This document shows positions 13,532 to 27,580 of a DNA stretch of 64,000 nt, piece by piece (the stretch's first letter is position 1; every line of letters starts with the position of its first letter). The notes beneath the pieces are model-generated. The model ran no database searches, was not told where the DNA came from, and saw nothing but the letters and a program-made list of their open reading frames with translations. Position numbers and translations under genes: made by a program. Source of the DNA: Glaucostegus cemiculus (lineage: Eukaryota); NCBI GenBank assembly GCA_976551045.1, contig CDPCPM010000073.1, positions 27,218,001 to 27,282,000 of the forward strand, in the 5' to 3' direction.

Positions 13532-13679
13532 ATTAAAACGGAGAAAGAAGAAACAAGACAGATTACTTGGCACCAACTGAGTTACCCAATTTGCACGTGT
13601 CGAAGTTGGTCCTTGTGCAGTCAACCTTGCAACGTTCTCCTCACAGACAAATGGGGAGCTGTTTTAAGAGGAACTAGAT

Positions 13680-14180
13680 AGATCTGCCATTGATATCCAT
13701 GAAGTGCCGTGAACCATCAGCAACAGCAATGTATTCCACCACAATTCCGGCCTGGCATATCCCTCACTCAAATGTCACTATCAAGCCAGGGAGTCAACTC
13801 TGGCTCAATGCAGAGTGCGGAAGGACCAGCCTTCCTTTGGAGGTACCAACCCAGTAAAGCCACACCCAAAGACCACATGTGAGATAAATAGTAAAATCAG
13901 CATGCAATAGCTAGAGCCAAACTATCCCAAAACCAACAAATCTGATCAAAGCTCTACAGCGCCATCACTTCTAGTCTTTTGGAAATATATTGCTGCTCCT
14001 TCTTTGACTCTGGATCTAAACCCTGGAACTCCCGACTCAACGGTACTGTGGTAGCACCTTCTCCAGAAGGACTGTAGTGATTTACGAGGAAGGCCTATCA
14101 CCAAAGAGCAATTTAATATGGGCAATGAATGTTGGCCATGCCAGGGATGCCAAGATCCCACAAAAATGAATTAAAAACTC
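13680..14180 (+). mobile_element. L2/CR1-group LINE fragments
   Basis: 3' part matches the reverse complement of 9645-9830 (AAATATATTGCTG..CCTGGAACTCCC..GGGCAAT..GGCC). Confidence 0.6.
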
Positions 14181-14629
14181 TCCTTCAGTAGCTCCCAAAT
14201 TACTTTACAGCCAATTAAATACCATTGAAGTATTGTAATTAAGGTCATGTAGGAAATACCAAAGCTAATTTGCTATTTGTGGGATCTGGTAATGTGCAAT
14301 GTGATAATGACAAAATAACCTGCTTTGGAAGTATAATTGAAGGATACACATTGACCAGCATAACACAGAAAAGTGAGCCTCAACTGACATTGACACATGG
14401 GAAGGCTGGTGAATGCAACCAAACTTCTAGTTACATGAGGCAACAATAATTTGGATAACTAAATGCTCAGCAATGAAATGTGACGTGGTGGTTGCAAGAC
14501 AGGTGGGCATAAAAATCCACCTTTCAATCTGCTGCTCTCTAACCCTTCCAATATTCCCTCCTTACCAACACTGCCAATCTCCCCTTCACAAACCTTGCCA
14601 ATCTCAGCCTGGCAGAACACCTTAACTGA

Positions 14630-14990
14630 CATACAGCCCACTCCACCTGCCCATCACCCACACATCATTCCCACTGGTCCCCCTCCCCTACTGTTCCCAC
14701 CCATCTGGATTCCTCTCCTGTCAGATTCCATCATCTTCAGCCCTTTGGCATTCATTACCTCCCAGCTTCTGGCACTAATTCCACTCTCCCCTCCTCACCT
14801 ATCACTTGGTAGCTCTTGCTCCCCCCCCCCCCCCTTTGCACTGGCCATCTCCCCTCTCTCAATCCAGATGAAGGGTCACAACTCAAAACATTGACTGTCC
14901 ATTTCCCTCCATAGATGCTGCTTGACCCACTAAGGTCCTCCAGCATCTTGTGTCTTGCTCCAAATTCCAGCATCTGCAGTCTCTTGCATC
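14630..14990 (+). mobile_element. Penelope-like element terminal region
   Basis: Pyrimidine-rich tract followed by GATGAAGGGTC..AAAACATTGACTG..AGATGCTGCTTGACC..CCAGCATCTGCAGTC. Confidence 0.65.
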
Positions 14991-17717
14991 CGAGCTACAG
15001 CATTCTTCCTCCTATACAGAACCTCCCAACCTCCTTCCAATCAGCTCTTCCTACAAATAATGGGGCCAATGGCTCACGCCCATTGTTATATTCATTGCCG
15101 CCACCATTCAACACAAAATACTTTTGAAATAGCAATGTGAACATTTATTAATCAAAAAAAGTGACTGGGCAAAAGGAAGTTTACAAGGAAACAAGGAAGT
15201 TTCAGTCAGTAATGATTTTGCATAGTCTCTGAAGTTAGTAATTTTGGTGGAAAAGGTTTGAGCCTCCTCTTGGTTGTCTACAATTTACTGCTGTTTAGAA
15301 ATGTCATAGTTTAGGGATGGTTTGTATTCATCAGGATAACCGATTAAAACATTTGGCACCACAGCAGCAAGTCTGTCACATCCCTGAGGAGCAACGTTTA
15401 TTCTCACTATAGTGCAGCACTGTGTCCTTTGCAAATGTTGTAGTCCGTTAGCCAAGTTTTGCACATCTAATGAATGAAGCCTATTTAGTGCTGCTGCCAA
15501 TCTTGACAGACTTTAGTCATGTGGCTTCACAGTGAGACGCGATGCTGACAAAGCTCACTTCTTGTAGCAGCACTCCATGGTTAATCTGCTGCAGTAGCTG
15601 CACAGTGATAAGGTGAAAGTTGCTCACAATACCAAGACTCATAAAGCAGCTCCAGTCACTGTTTGAGGTTCTTTCAATCAAAATATTACTCAAATACTGG
15701 ACAGTAGACTTGGAGCACTGGGAATTCCAGCTCAATGCACTGAACAGATAGCATCTTGTTCTCCAGCTTCACAGATTACAATTTACAGAAATGTACCTTC
15801 TACAGGTATTAAAATATTTAAAAGTAAGCTAACCAATAAATATATAGAACATTGGTAATACACAGATAACTATACAACAATGTGCAATTTAAGCAGTTCA
15901 CTTTCATCTACCACTGCACGCTATAATGCCATATTTTAAGATTTTTTTTTTAATTCCTCCACCATAGAAGTTAATGTATTTTTTTCCACTGAGCCAGAGA
16001 AAGTTAACAAATAATCGAGTCATTTTATTGGTTGTTCTTATTTTGTTAAAGTTCATTAAATCACTTTGTTTTATTGGTTTCTACGATGTTTAACAAGTAA
16101 TAGTGATGTCCTTTTCAGTTTGCTGTCCTGAATACAGTGAAATACCTTTATACAGTGAAAAAGAGATTCTATCCATTTTTGCAAGATTCAGTTCAAAACA
16201 TTGCAAGGCAAGTGATAACAGCTGGGTTGAATATGAAGCTAATGCCATGCAAGTTGCATCAAATTATATTGAACTTGCACCAGACAAAAATCCCATTAGA
16301 TCAACTCATCTGCCTTTGTACTCCACTCGTCTACCACCCTAATGTTTCATCTAAACACATCAACTCTGTTCCTTTCTCTTTCATGCACCTAAAAAGCTTC
16401 CCTTTAAATGTGATTCACTTCAGTTTCTCTGTAGTTTCACACTCTGTGAAGTACTGTAGGTTAAGTAAGGAAACAAAGTGTCATCTCTGTCAAACTTTCA
16501 GCTCTGTAACCAGACGCTTTTATAAGTCCCACACTAACACTATCTTTGCCCAATGTCTCATCAAGCTGGTCTGGTTAACCTAGAAAAATAAAAGCTGTAT
16601 GTGTGTACTGTAAGCAGCATGCCCGCCAACAGAAATGTAGTACTTCTTATCAAGGGTACCATCTAGGGGAAAATCGTTCAACCGCAAAGTTGAAAAACAA
16701 GCTAGCAGACCTACTTTATGTTACTTTGTTCCTTCTTGGTCTCTGACATTTCTTTGCCACATAACCATTCCTTCCTGATTTACCCAGCTGAAAATGAAAT
16801 TAAGTTTAGCAGTTAGACTATTACTGAAAGCTGACTGTGAAGCACAGGTCTGATCTCATGACCAATATATCTGAAGGAGATTAGAGCCAGGGCCTAGTCA
16901 AATCAAGGGCTAAGCCTAAGCCTATCAGAAAGTCAAAGCTAAACTAAATATATGTGTTTACCAAACATCTGATTGAAAGCCAGAAAGTACACAGCAGTTG
17001 TTCTCATTTTCCAGTTTTCTCTAATACCCAATATTTGTAAGAACTTTACCCTATTTAAATGAAACCAAATATATGCTACTGTTTAATGTAATGACTTCTA
17101 GAAAATTATAGTTTACACAGTGCCATATTTTCTTGATTGTGTATGTACGTTCACATTGGGAATAAATCTGTGATTTCCACTCCCTCAGAGCGACCTCCAC
17201 TGTTAAGTTCCCTTACTCTTCCAGTATACTCAACCATTCTACCCTTCTGTTTATTGCTAATCTAAGGAGTTGATGCTTTCTGTCCAATGTTTATTCACCA
17301 AGTCAGAAAGTCAGTGATTCCCGCAAACCACCCCAGCCAAGTGCTCAGGCAGTAATGGAATACCGAGGTAGACAAGCAGAAAATAGCATGGAGGCAACAG
17401 TGCTGTACCCTCCCACCAACAATAATTGAGAGCCCATCTCCACCCAGATTTAGAGAGGGCATTGCAAGTTGAACTGCAGAAAGTTGAGAAATACCACAGC
17501 TAGTTTGAACACACTAAGCTCCCATAAGCAGAAATGTGATAATGATACAGATTAAAGGATAAATTATGATCAGGACATCAGGGAACCTCACTTCTTTGAT
17601 ACAGTGCCACTGGAGTTTTTACATCCACTTGAGTGAGCAGCTAGAATCTTGGTTTAACATCTCATCCATAAATCAGCACACCCAGCAGTTCAGCGTTCAC
17701 TCAGTACTACACTGAAT

Positions 17718-18153
17718 GTACGGTGGAGTGCATCCTGACTGGGTGCAACACAGCCTGGTAAGGAAGCTCCAATGTGCAGGATCGAAAGAGGCTGCAGAGG
17801 GCTGTAGACTCAGCCAACTCCATCACGGGCGCAACTCTCCCCGCCATCGAAGGCATCTTCAAGAAGGCAGCATCCATCATTAAGGACCCTCACCACCCGG
17901 AACATGCCCTCTTCTCATTACTATCATCAGGGAGGAGGTACAGGTGCCTGAAGACCCACACTCAACATTTTAAGAACAGCTTCTTCCCCTCTACCATCAG
18001 ATTTCTGAATGGCCCATGAACACTACTTCAGTATTTTTCTGTTGGACAACTTATTTATTTTTGTAACATAGTAATTTTTATGTCTTGCATTGTACTGCTG
18101 CCACAAAACAACAAATTTCACAACATGCACCAGTGATAATAAACCTGATTCTA
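17718..18153 (+). mobile_element. Rex1/Babar-like LINE 3' fragment
   Basis: QDRKRLQRAVDSANSITG..IIKDPHHPEHALFSLLSSGRRYR. Homologous to 11830-12297. Confidence 0.88.
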
Positions 18154-20424
18154 ATTCATCAGGCAAGATTTTTGCACTCAAGTTTCCAGAGTGGAATTTA
18201 AACCAATGACTCAGAGGGTAGAATGACAAATGAGCCACCAAACTGGAGGCACTCCCCAGACAGGCCAAGGAGGGAACTCCCTACACAGACCTCAAGGGTT
18301 ACAAGGATTTCTTACCAGCAGTGGGTGGCCACATACATTCTACTTGTTGATTGACTTCATAGCTAAGTGAATTTGCCAATCATTTTACTTGCTCTTGCAA
18401 AGTACAAGCTACCAGCTGTAAGACTGTATAAAGGAACTCACTGAAGTAGAAAGATAATTTGTTGCAGTAATGCAGCTTAATTAGATGGAGGGTTAGTAGA
18501 GTTTTATATAAACATACTTCTATCTTTTTTCACTTTAAATATTTTATTATTGGGCATTTCCAGGAGGATTAAGGCTTTATTCTGGATAACATGCTATGAC
18601 TAATAACCACATAGATGCTTCAGGCCATAATTTAAGTATTCTCTCTAAAACCAAGCCAACATTACAAAAAGAGATTGCAACTCTTTGGTGATTCCATTAA
18701 TATAATTAATGGGCATAAAAACATAAGCTTCATATTGATAAGGATGGCTTAGAGAGGTTATTTAGTTTTTCTAGTCAAGCAGCTTAGAGGCCAAACTTTT
18801 CCCCTTATGACTTCTAACAACATGACTAAGAAGAACATTTCAAAGTTATTGGTCACCATCTTTTATGAAGATATTAATTCTGATCTCCTCTTTCTCCCAA
18901 ATGTCCCTATGTGTTGCAGTTATATTTAACATGAAATAGTGGTTTGTTGCCTTCAGTGAGGATCACTTGCTGAAGACTCCATCCTCAATGGAAAAGGAGA
19001 AACAAACTCCACCACTGATCCCATGGTTTGTGCTCCCCTTCAAGTGGGATATTGAGTCAGAAAGGGATATACATCGCTACAAGATCCAGTCTGGTGCAGG
19101 ATATATGTCAGCTCACATGATATGAATGCCCTAATTTCCAGATTTGGGACATCAGCCTGTGTTACACACTTCTCCAGTGTGGCTGTGTTCCCTTCTGGGC
19201 CTTTGCACCCAGCACTGGATAGGAAGTAACCATGCCCTGCAGCACCTTCTGGCTGCTAGCCAACAAACCAGCCTGAGGATAGCAAAGTGAAGAGTTTCTG
19301 GGTGGTATCACCTCACTGCCAGTTTCTCACTGATCCCCACCAGACAGAGATTGGCCAGATGCAGGGAGTATTAACCATCTCAATTAGCCTTCCTCAAAAG
19401 CTGCACCCTTCAAGAATGGAGGGGACAGTTACATCCATTCCTAATTCATAACCCTTGTTCACTCCAATAGCAAGCATTTTAACCCTCAACCTTACCCCAA
19501 ACTCCATTCCCAAAGCAGATCCTGAAACCCTAGAAAATGGAAATGGGAATCCCCTATTTTAAGTCTCTGATCCTTCTTTCTTCTCCCCTCTGATTGTGAA
19601 CTGAGTGATCCAAGATGTATTGGATGAGAAAAATTGGCTCTGCATCTAACAGTGCAGCTCAGCATTCTATTTGCTTTGTTGACTGAATCGAAAGCTTGCA
19701 GTGTCTTAGTTTATAATATGATTGTGAATTAAATTCTGTTGATATCTTTAATCAATTGGCATCCGATGCTATTTCTGTAATGCTGGTATTCAAGGCGATA
19801 AAGTCAATAACACTCGTGGCACTGATTCAGCAGAATGGCTTGCATTCCTCCAAATGTCCTCTGAGACTTTTTAAACACACAGCACTGTGGGGACTGTGCA
19901 GTTCGTGTGCAAACAGTTCATCAGCACTGGCAGATGAATCAGAGAGGAGGAAGAAAAGCTCCCACTGAAAGCTTCAATGTGTCAACAACGAAAGAGAAAA
20001 GCCCTAGAAATGTTTCATACATTAGCCTCCCAAATAATTCCAGAGTTTGATTTTTAAATTACAACTGCAAAGGTATCATACCACCACCTCTACCACCACC
20101 CAATGACTGTGAGTGCTCACCTCTAACATGGGTCACTGACAACAATCATGACCAGGACTCTCGGAGATGATCTTTTCCATTGATCAAGGATGCTGATTCC
20201 AGCTGCAGTATCCCTACTATCATCCCACCCGAGATCATCAGACTCAGGACCGATGAGGCTCAAGTCCCCAGTCTTCTGGCCTCATATCCACCAGCTATCA
20301 AGCTATTGGTATTGATATTGGTTTATTATTGTGACTTGTACCGAGGTACAGTGAAAAGCTTGTCTTACAAGCAGTGAGCAAGAGTGTATCCATATTTCAA
20401 AAATATTGATATACAATATAAAAT

Positions 20425-21030
20425 TGTATAGTGGGTCGACTGGATTGCCTTTACTGCAAAGGGATTTGTGTGCAGGAATAGAGACACCTTGCTCTAATTA
20501 TATAAAGCTCTAATACAACCATACTTGTAAAATTGTGCACAGATCTTATCTCCCTACCCAAGGAAAAATGGTTTCACAAGATTGACTCCTGGGACATTGG
20601 GTTTGTTGTAAGATGACAAATTAAGGAGTCTAGGCTGGTACTCTCGAGTTTAGAATGAGAGGTGATCTCATTAAAACTTTCAGAATTCTTATGGAGTTTG
20701 GCAAGGTAGATAAATGTCACTCCTGGCTTTGTCTAAACTCAAGGGTCCCAGTCTCGGGTATAGGAAGCTGACACTCAGAACTCAGGTGAGAAGAAATAAG
20801 AAAGGATTGTGAATCCTTACAATTCAGCATCCAAAAGGGATGTCAAGGCTCAGTCGTTGAGTACATTTTAGACAAATATTGATAGGTATTAGACAAAGGG
20901 AAGCAAGGGACATGTGGTTGGTGTGGGAATGAAGCACTGAAGTGGAAGATCAGTCATCATCTTATTGAATGCAGAGTGGCTACGAGGAGCCAGATGGTCT
21001 ATTCCTGCTCCCTTTTCTTATATTCTTACA
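20425..21030 (+). mobile_element. CR1 LINE 3' fragment, highly degenerate
   Basis: Colinear similarity to 5405-6080 (GAATGAGAGGTGATCTCATT, 3' ..TTCCTGCTCC). Confidence 0.75.
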
Positions 21031-24000
21031 TTACAGAGAAGGCCCAAAGATTCCTCTCAAGGCCCATAAAGTACATTTACCTTGGCCTCTACCGGTCAAT
21101 GCTGCTTCCTATCAGTTTTCCGGAGGGGTGAGGGAGGGAATTGCTTCTGAACAGGCTTCCCGCCACCTATCTTCTCCCAACTCTCCTCACAAGTTGGAGT
21201 TTCACCTCTGACTTCATTGGTACAAGTTGTTGCCTTTTAAGTAGGGCCCTCAGGTGAGGATCACCAAAGCAAAAGTGCCATCAGCGATATGGCAAATCAT
21301 GGATCAATAAATCACCTCTCCCAACATTAGCCCTTCTCAAGTATCATTCCTACACATAGAAAGGTTTTAAAGTATTACCAAGCTTTCAGATCCCCAAGAG
21401 TATCAGGAGTCGAGCACACTTGTAGGTTTCCTTTCAAAATTTTGTTAAATATAATAGAACCTCAAAGCACCTAATCGTGTCAATTAACATTGACTATATG
21501 AATACCAACAGCCTGCAGTCACAGAGCTGCTGTTTGTAAAAAAGCTCAGTGCTGGGTAACTATGGACAGGGAATGAGAATGCAGTGGAAGGAATGCCTTA
21601 TCTTGATGCTTGGCTCTTACAACTGAATAGCTAAATTAATATATTGTAATATATTTAACCACCTTCAAAATTAACACAGGAGTGTGGGAGAAACTGAAAG
21701 CCTGAATCAAGTATGGTAACCTCATGGTTGTAACACTGAATTAATAATCCAGAAGTTAAGAGTTCAAATTCCATTAGACGAAATGTGAAATTCAACCTGC
21801 AAGTCTATACTGGAAAAATAATGCTGAAACTTACTGAGCTTCTATAAAAACTCTGCTCTCAGCAGCCAGAGGTCCTGCTGGGTTTATCAAAGGCAAGCTA
21901 GTTAGAATTGCTGGGTGATTCGGGAAGAGACCCAGACTCGTGCATTTACAATCTAATGAAGGAGACTGACTGCCGTCCATGCCTTCCTGGTTCATGAACT
22001 GTTTGAGGTAACTCAGAAGCTTTTAATAAGCAAGGATCATAAATTGAAATCAGGCTAACCTTTAACACGTCTGGAGATTAACATTTAAATCCCTGTTCCT
22101 CCAAGTTTTCTTTATTCCCCAATTGTACTTCAGCAGGAAACAACTGGTCACCTTTTCTCAGTAACCAGATAGTAACGGTGCTGAATTTGTTTCACTTCCC
22201 AGCTTAGAGCTGTTAGTCAACCGTAATATCTCAGCCGACAACTGCTGGCAAAAATAAGGTCCCTCTTCCTGGCAGCATTCACAGGAGACTAACTGGCAGT
22301 GTAGACCAATTATAATTAAGAAACTAGAAGGATTCATTTTTAAGGTGAGAAAATGCTTTATAATTAAAGGAAATCTTTGAGAATTGAAAAAAATACTAAA
22401 ATGCCTTGAGAAAATAAAAGTATAAATCCAAGCAATACACCAGGCCAAATTTCCTTCCGGGTGGAAATATACACATGACAGAAAGAAGTAGGGGAATTAA
22501 GAATCAAAAGTTTTGTTCTGAATGCAGAGTTGTTGTTTACGGTGCTTCACCAGGGGTTTTGAGAGCCTCCATAGAAGTTATGGAGAGGGTGGGGAGTTGC
22601 AGTAGGGTGGGGGGTGGAACAGTGGGTATAAATGGTAGAAGGCAGGAAAACCATGAAGAATTTCAGGGCCACAGTGGCCAGGACTGACTCACAAAAGTAA
22701 ACAATTTCAGCAACAAAGTAAACTGAGCCACAGTAGTCAGGCAGGTCATCCAGGCAGGAATAAACCTTGTGTGGCTTAAATAAGTATTTGCCAGGATGCA
22801 CTAAATCACTGCTTTCAACAATCAAAAAAAGCAGAGAAGAGTTTAGTCATCAAAGCTTTATCTTGAAAGTGTTATTTAACTCAACCACCCTTCTAGTGTG
22901 CTCTGGGAATTTTATCCTGGCTCAGCAGGTCTCTACTGTCTAACTGGTCTTGATTGATGTCGCGTTAAGCTGCCTCCTGACCCTGATCTGCTTCAGCATT
23001 AGACAGTCGTCATCATAACTCACGAAGGGTAGTGCTTGCAGCCTCTCTCCATCCAACAATCACTGGCAGTTGGGCTCATTCAGAGTCCATTAAGATGATT
23101 CTGCTTGGTGAGTCCATGTGCCCAGAATACTAATGACCACAATCACACACCAGCGGGTGTTTCTTGGCATTTGTTCCAAAAGCAAACACCACAATTTATT
23201 TCATTATGGATGAGGTTCAAGCATTTTGATGCAAGGATTTGGAATGTTGCATAATTTCAGGTGAATGCTTCCAGAATACTTCCCGCACGATGAATATCAT
23301 ATGAATTCTATCTAGTTAAGTTAGTACAGTATTACCATCATACTTCTTTTAACGAAAGTCAATTACTAATTAGATCCAATCTCTGAATCCAAGGCTGTGC
23401 AAATAGTCAAGTTTAAATAAACTGTTCTCTAAATACTGACTCAGTACTTTGAATTTCAATGTACATATTGCAAAAATTAAGATTACTCCAGTTGTTTGCC
23501 CCAGTTTAATGACTTTGACCAGCCAGGTAAAACTTTTAAGCTAAAAGAAAATGTATCCAAGTAGTAATAACAGAGAAGATTAAACATATAGTGCTAAATC
23601 TAACATTATGCAGAAACTGACCTCCACTAAAAAAAAGCCATAAATGAAAGTTGCACATCTACAGTGTCACAAGGGAAACCTTTAAACTTGATTTTGAAAA
23701 GGGAAAATGTGGCAGGGTTTTATGGGAAGGCCAGTGGAGTGGGACTACTTGGAAAGCTATTTCAACAAGCCAGGCTGTGCTTTACGATTCTGTAGGCAGG
23801 AGCTGGATCAATAGTAAGGATTGGCCTGTCATTCTGCTATACTTGCTGCTTTATTTGAGGCCACCTTTTTGGTCGAAAACACTGTGAAACAACGATTGGA
23901 AAAATTATTGCTCCTCGAGCTGAGTTACTTTTTCCTTCCATTCCTTTGATTTGAATTACATACAAAGGTTACAATAACAGACAGCTGGTAATAATTTACA

Positions 24001-26384
24001 TTACAGTATTTAAATCAAAGGATGAAAGTAATCCCATCCATAATCACAGTTTAAAATGTGTAAGATTTTTTTCCTTCTAAGCTTTTGTGGACAATGCAAC
24101 AGAACCCTTCCCTTCCCAATTCCCCCCCCAACCAAACTAATAATAAATCGCCTGTTTAAACCACCACCACGTATACCATCGAATCCACTGGGGTATCTTC
24201 ACCAATAAGTTATGCGTAATAAAAACATAAAGCTGGTCTTTACAATTTTGTTATACAAGAACGGAAAGGAATCATTTTCCTGCAGTCCGCTGTTTAATTA
24301 ATTGTCCCCTTGACACCAAAACACCAAGCTTAGGCAAAGCATTGCTGAGCAGTACAGAGGGGTCATATCTAGGTGAAAAAGTAATAAAGCTGTAAATATT
24401 CTTCATGCAGGAGAAATCACATGGCACCATTTCAAAGGAACGTTCTCCCTGCTGCCCTAGGACAACATTTATTCCTCAACCAACATCCACTAAGTCAGAT
24501 AATTATTCTGTTGTTTGACAGACCTTCCTGCACATAAATTGGCTGCTGTAATTTCTGCATTATACCACAAGAAGTGGGACTTCTGGATGTTTTGTCTGAA
24601 GCAGTGAAAGATCCAAGATATAAGCAAGTCTACTTTGATGAATTGTAGAACAGTTTTTAACATCTATGGAAAGATTTAAATACCATAACCATCATGCCCT
24701 TACTGTCCCAATCTCTGTCGTCTTCCTCCCATTTTGTTAAGAAACAATGTATGAGTACGTTTCCAGCAGCACTCCTGTATTTCACTCAAGCAGGCATTCT
24801 ACACATTCAGCCTTGGTCCAGCTGGACAAAGAAAGAAAGTAATAAGATTCACAATCAACCCTCTTTAGCTGAAATGCAGAATTCATATCCAGGAATGAAA
24901 GCTCAAAGGATCAAGATGTGAAACCCTCTCAATCAGGTAATTCATTTCCTCGGTAGAATTTATTTTTAGATTAACTATTGCCTTAAAAATGTATTGAACA
25001 TAATGTGTAATGTATTAGAGTAACAGTTTACAATTCCTTCAGCACAGTTACATATCTCAGTGGCACAGGAATGAGTGTAAGTTAATTCCTGATGCGCGAT
25101 TCATCATTCCATTATTGATCATGACTCCTTTGTATCTTACTCCATCCACCCAACTAGGAATCAGTTTTTGAAATTGTCAGTTGACCTAGAAGCAACAGAT
25201 TTTTTTTTTGTTGATATCCCAGATTTTCACTGCTTTTGTTTGAAGTACTCTCCAATGGCCAAGTTCTAATTTTTTTTCTGAACTACCAATAAATCTGTGG
25301 TCTTTTGCAACCGGAGGGAAAACAGCGTGGTTCATATTGTGAACTAGTCCTGCAAGTTGATATACGTCAAGGAAAACAACACACTAAAGCATAACCAGCA
25401 GGATTACTAATGTCTTATACCTGTGGATTAGTACAACTACATAATAATAGAGCAAATATTATGGGATTGATAATCCTCAAATTATTGTTCAAGGGTAGAA
25501 AGATAATGGAAAATTCAAGCTGAAAACACTACAGTAGACAGAGGAAAACTTCCACCTCAAAGAAAACCTAACGATATAATTTTATTATCATTTTGTTATG
25601 TAACTGCAACACAAACATTTGCAAAGAATCTGCTGGAAATTCAGTGGGTGTAACCAGATGATGTTTGGATTAGGAATGAAGTTAGACACACATCAGTGAA
25701 GTACAAATTTGCCCAACAGTTTGTGAGGAACATTTGAACAAGCGACTAGCTGCCTACAATGTAGCAGAAACAGGTGACAAACCAATTTCCTACGAAAGTT
25801 CACCGGATGTTATCAATTAGTTAAAGGTCAAAACATGCAACCAGACTCGCCATTGGCAACATAAACAAACCAAGTCAAGAGAAAATTGTTTGACAGCAAA
25901 ATCTGACATGTGGTCATTCAATTATTAATTCTGCTCTTGGACACTTACTAAAGTTCAATATCTTAAAGCTTTTAGGAGTAAAACATGATTTCAACATCCT
26001 CAAGGAATTAAGGGTTATATTGGCAGATGTACACGTACGAAAGTCCTCACCTAACCTTTTCACCATTTTCACTATTTGCGATTTGAAAGCAGATATTGAA
26101 GCTGCAAGACACAGCTGGACACGGTGTTCATGTAGTGAAGCATAGGCATCAGAGATCAAAAAACTAACACTAAACCCCAAAATACCAAGGGGACCAATTC
26201 TCTTGTCGTTAGGTCGTTGATCTTACAGATGAAAAACTACAAATCTCTTTGCTCTTTCTGGATTTTTCACTGCTGATGCAAAACAGATGAATAGTTATCT
26301 TGTTAAACCTTTGCTTGTTTTTGTTATAGTTTTCCCATTAATCCATTCCCTGACCTGTTAACATCTACCTCCAAAAACGTATAC

Positions 26385-26710
26385 AATAGCACCTGTATTA
26401 GCTGTGCCACTTCTCAGCTCCAGTGACCTGGATGCTGTCCTTACCTCCAATGCTGCCTGTGTGGCATTTGCACATTCTCCCTTTGACTGAGTGGGTTTTG
26501 TCCAGGAGCTCCAATTTCCTTCCATAACCCAAAAGATGTGCAAATTGATTGGTTAAGTTGGCCACTGCAAATTGCCCCTCATGTGTAGGTGAATGGTAGA
26601 ATCTGGAAGGAGTTGATGGGGATGTGAGAAGAATCGGCTACAGAGGAACAGGGTTGCTCTCTGAGCTGGCATACATTTGATTAGCTAAAGTAAACTCCTA
26701 CATTCTAATG
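26385..26710 (+). mobile_element. V-SINE (HE1-like)
   Basis: TTTGCACATTCTCCC..GGGTTTT..CCCAAAAGATGTGC V-domain-like core. Confidence 0.65.
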
Positions 26711-26832
26711 AAGCATGAAATCCTCTTTTGGAAATCCTTGTTGAATGTGCTCCCACCAGCAGCGAATTCCAGATAATAAAAACTCAGTGCATAGATGATA
26801 AATGTCTTCTCACACAATTCAACCTTAAAATG

Positions 26833-27090
26833 ACAGCATGGTAGTGTAGTGGCTAGCCTAACGCTTTACAGCACCAGTGACCCAGGTTCAATTCCGGCCG
26901 CTGTCTGTAAGGAGTTTGTACATTCTCCGAGTGTCTGCATGGGTTTCCTCCAGTTTCCTCCCACATTCCGAAGACGTACAGGTTAGGAAGTTGTGGGCAT
27001 GCTGTGTTGGCACCAGAAGCATGGTGATACTTGTGGGTTGCCCCCAAAGCTGTATTTCACTGTGTGTTTCAATATACGTGGCTGATAAAG
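26833..27090 (+). mobile_element. tRNA-derived V-SINE-like element
   Basis: A box GTAGTGTAGTGG, B box GGTTCAATTCC. Sister copy at 53210-53507. Confidence 0.85.
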
Positions 27091-27580
27091 ATGTGGAAGC
27101 CATAGAGAGGGTGCAGAGGAGGTTTACGAGGATGCTGCCTGGAATGCAGAGCATGCCTTATGAAAGCAGGTTGCGAGAACTCAGCCTTTTGTCCTTGGAG
27201 AGAAGGAGGATGGGAGGGACCTGATAGAGGTATATAAGACGATGAGAAGTATTGATTGGGTAGATAGTCAGAGGCTTTTCCCCAGGGCTGAAATGGTGGC
27301 CACAAGAGGACATTGGTTTAAGGTGCTGGGGAGTAGATACAGAAGAGATGTCAGGGGTAAGTTTTTTACTCAGAGAGTGGTGAGTGCATGGAATGGGCTG
27401 CCGGAAGCAGTGGTGGAGGCGGATACGATAGGGCCTTTCAAGAGACTGTTAGATAGGTAGATTGAGCTAAGAAAAATAGAGGGCTATGGGTAAGCCTAGT
27501 AATTTCTAGTGTAGGGACACGTTTGGCACAGCTTTGTTGGCCGAAGGGCCTGAATTGTGCTGTAGTTTTTCTATGTTTTA
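27090..27580 (+). mobile_element. 5'-truncated CR1 LINE inserted in the SINE tail
   Basis: ERVQRRFTRMLPG and FFTQRVVSAWNGLP with a frameshift. 3' end GGCCGAAGGGCCTG..TTTCTATG. Confidence 0.9.

Noticed and set aside
26833-26900. tRNA gene
   Set aside because: A and B boxes belong to a SINE head that continues into a repeat body and is duplicated at 53210; no complete cloverleaf.
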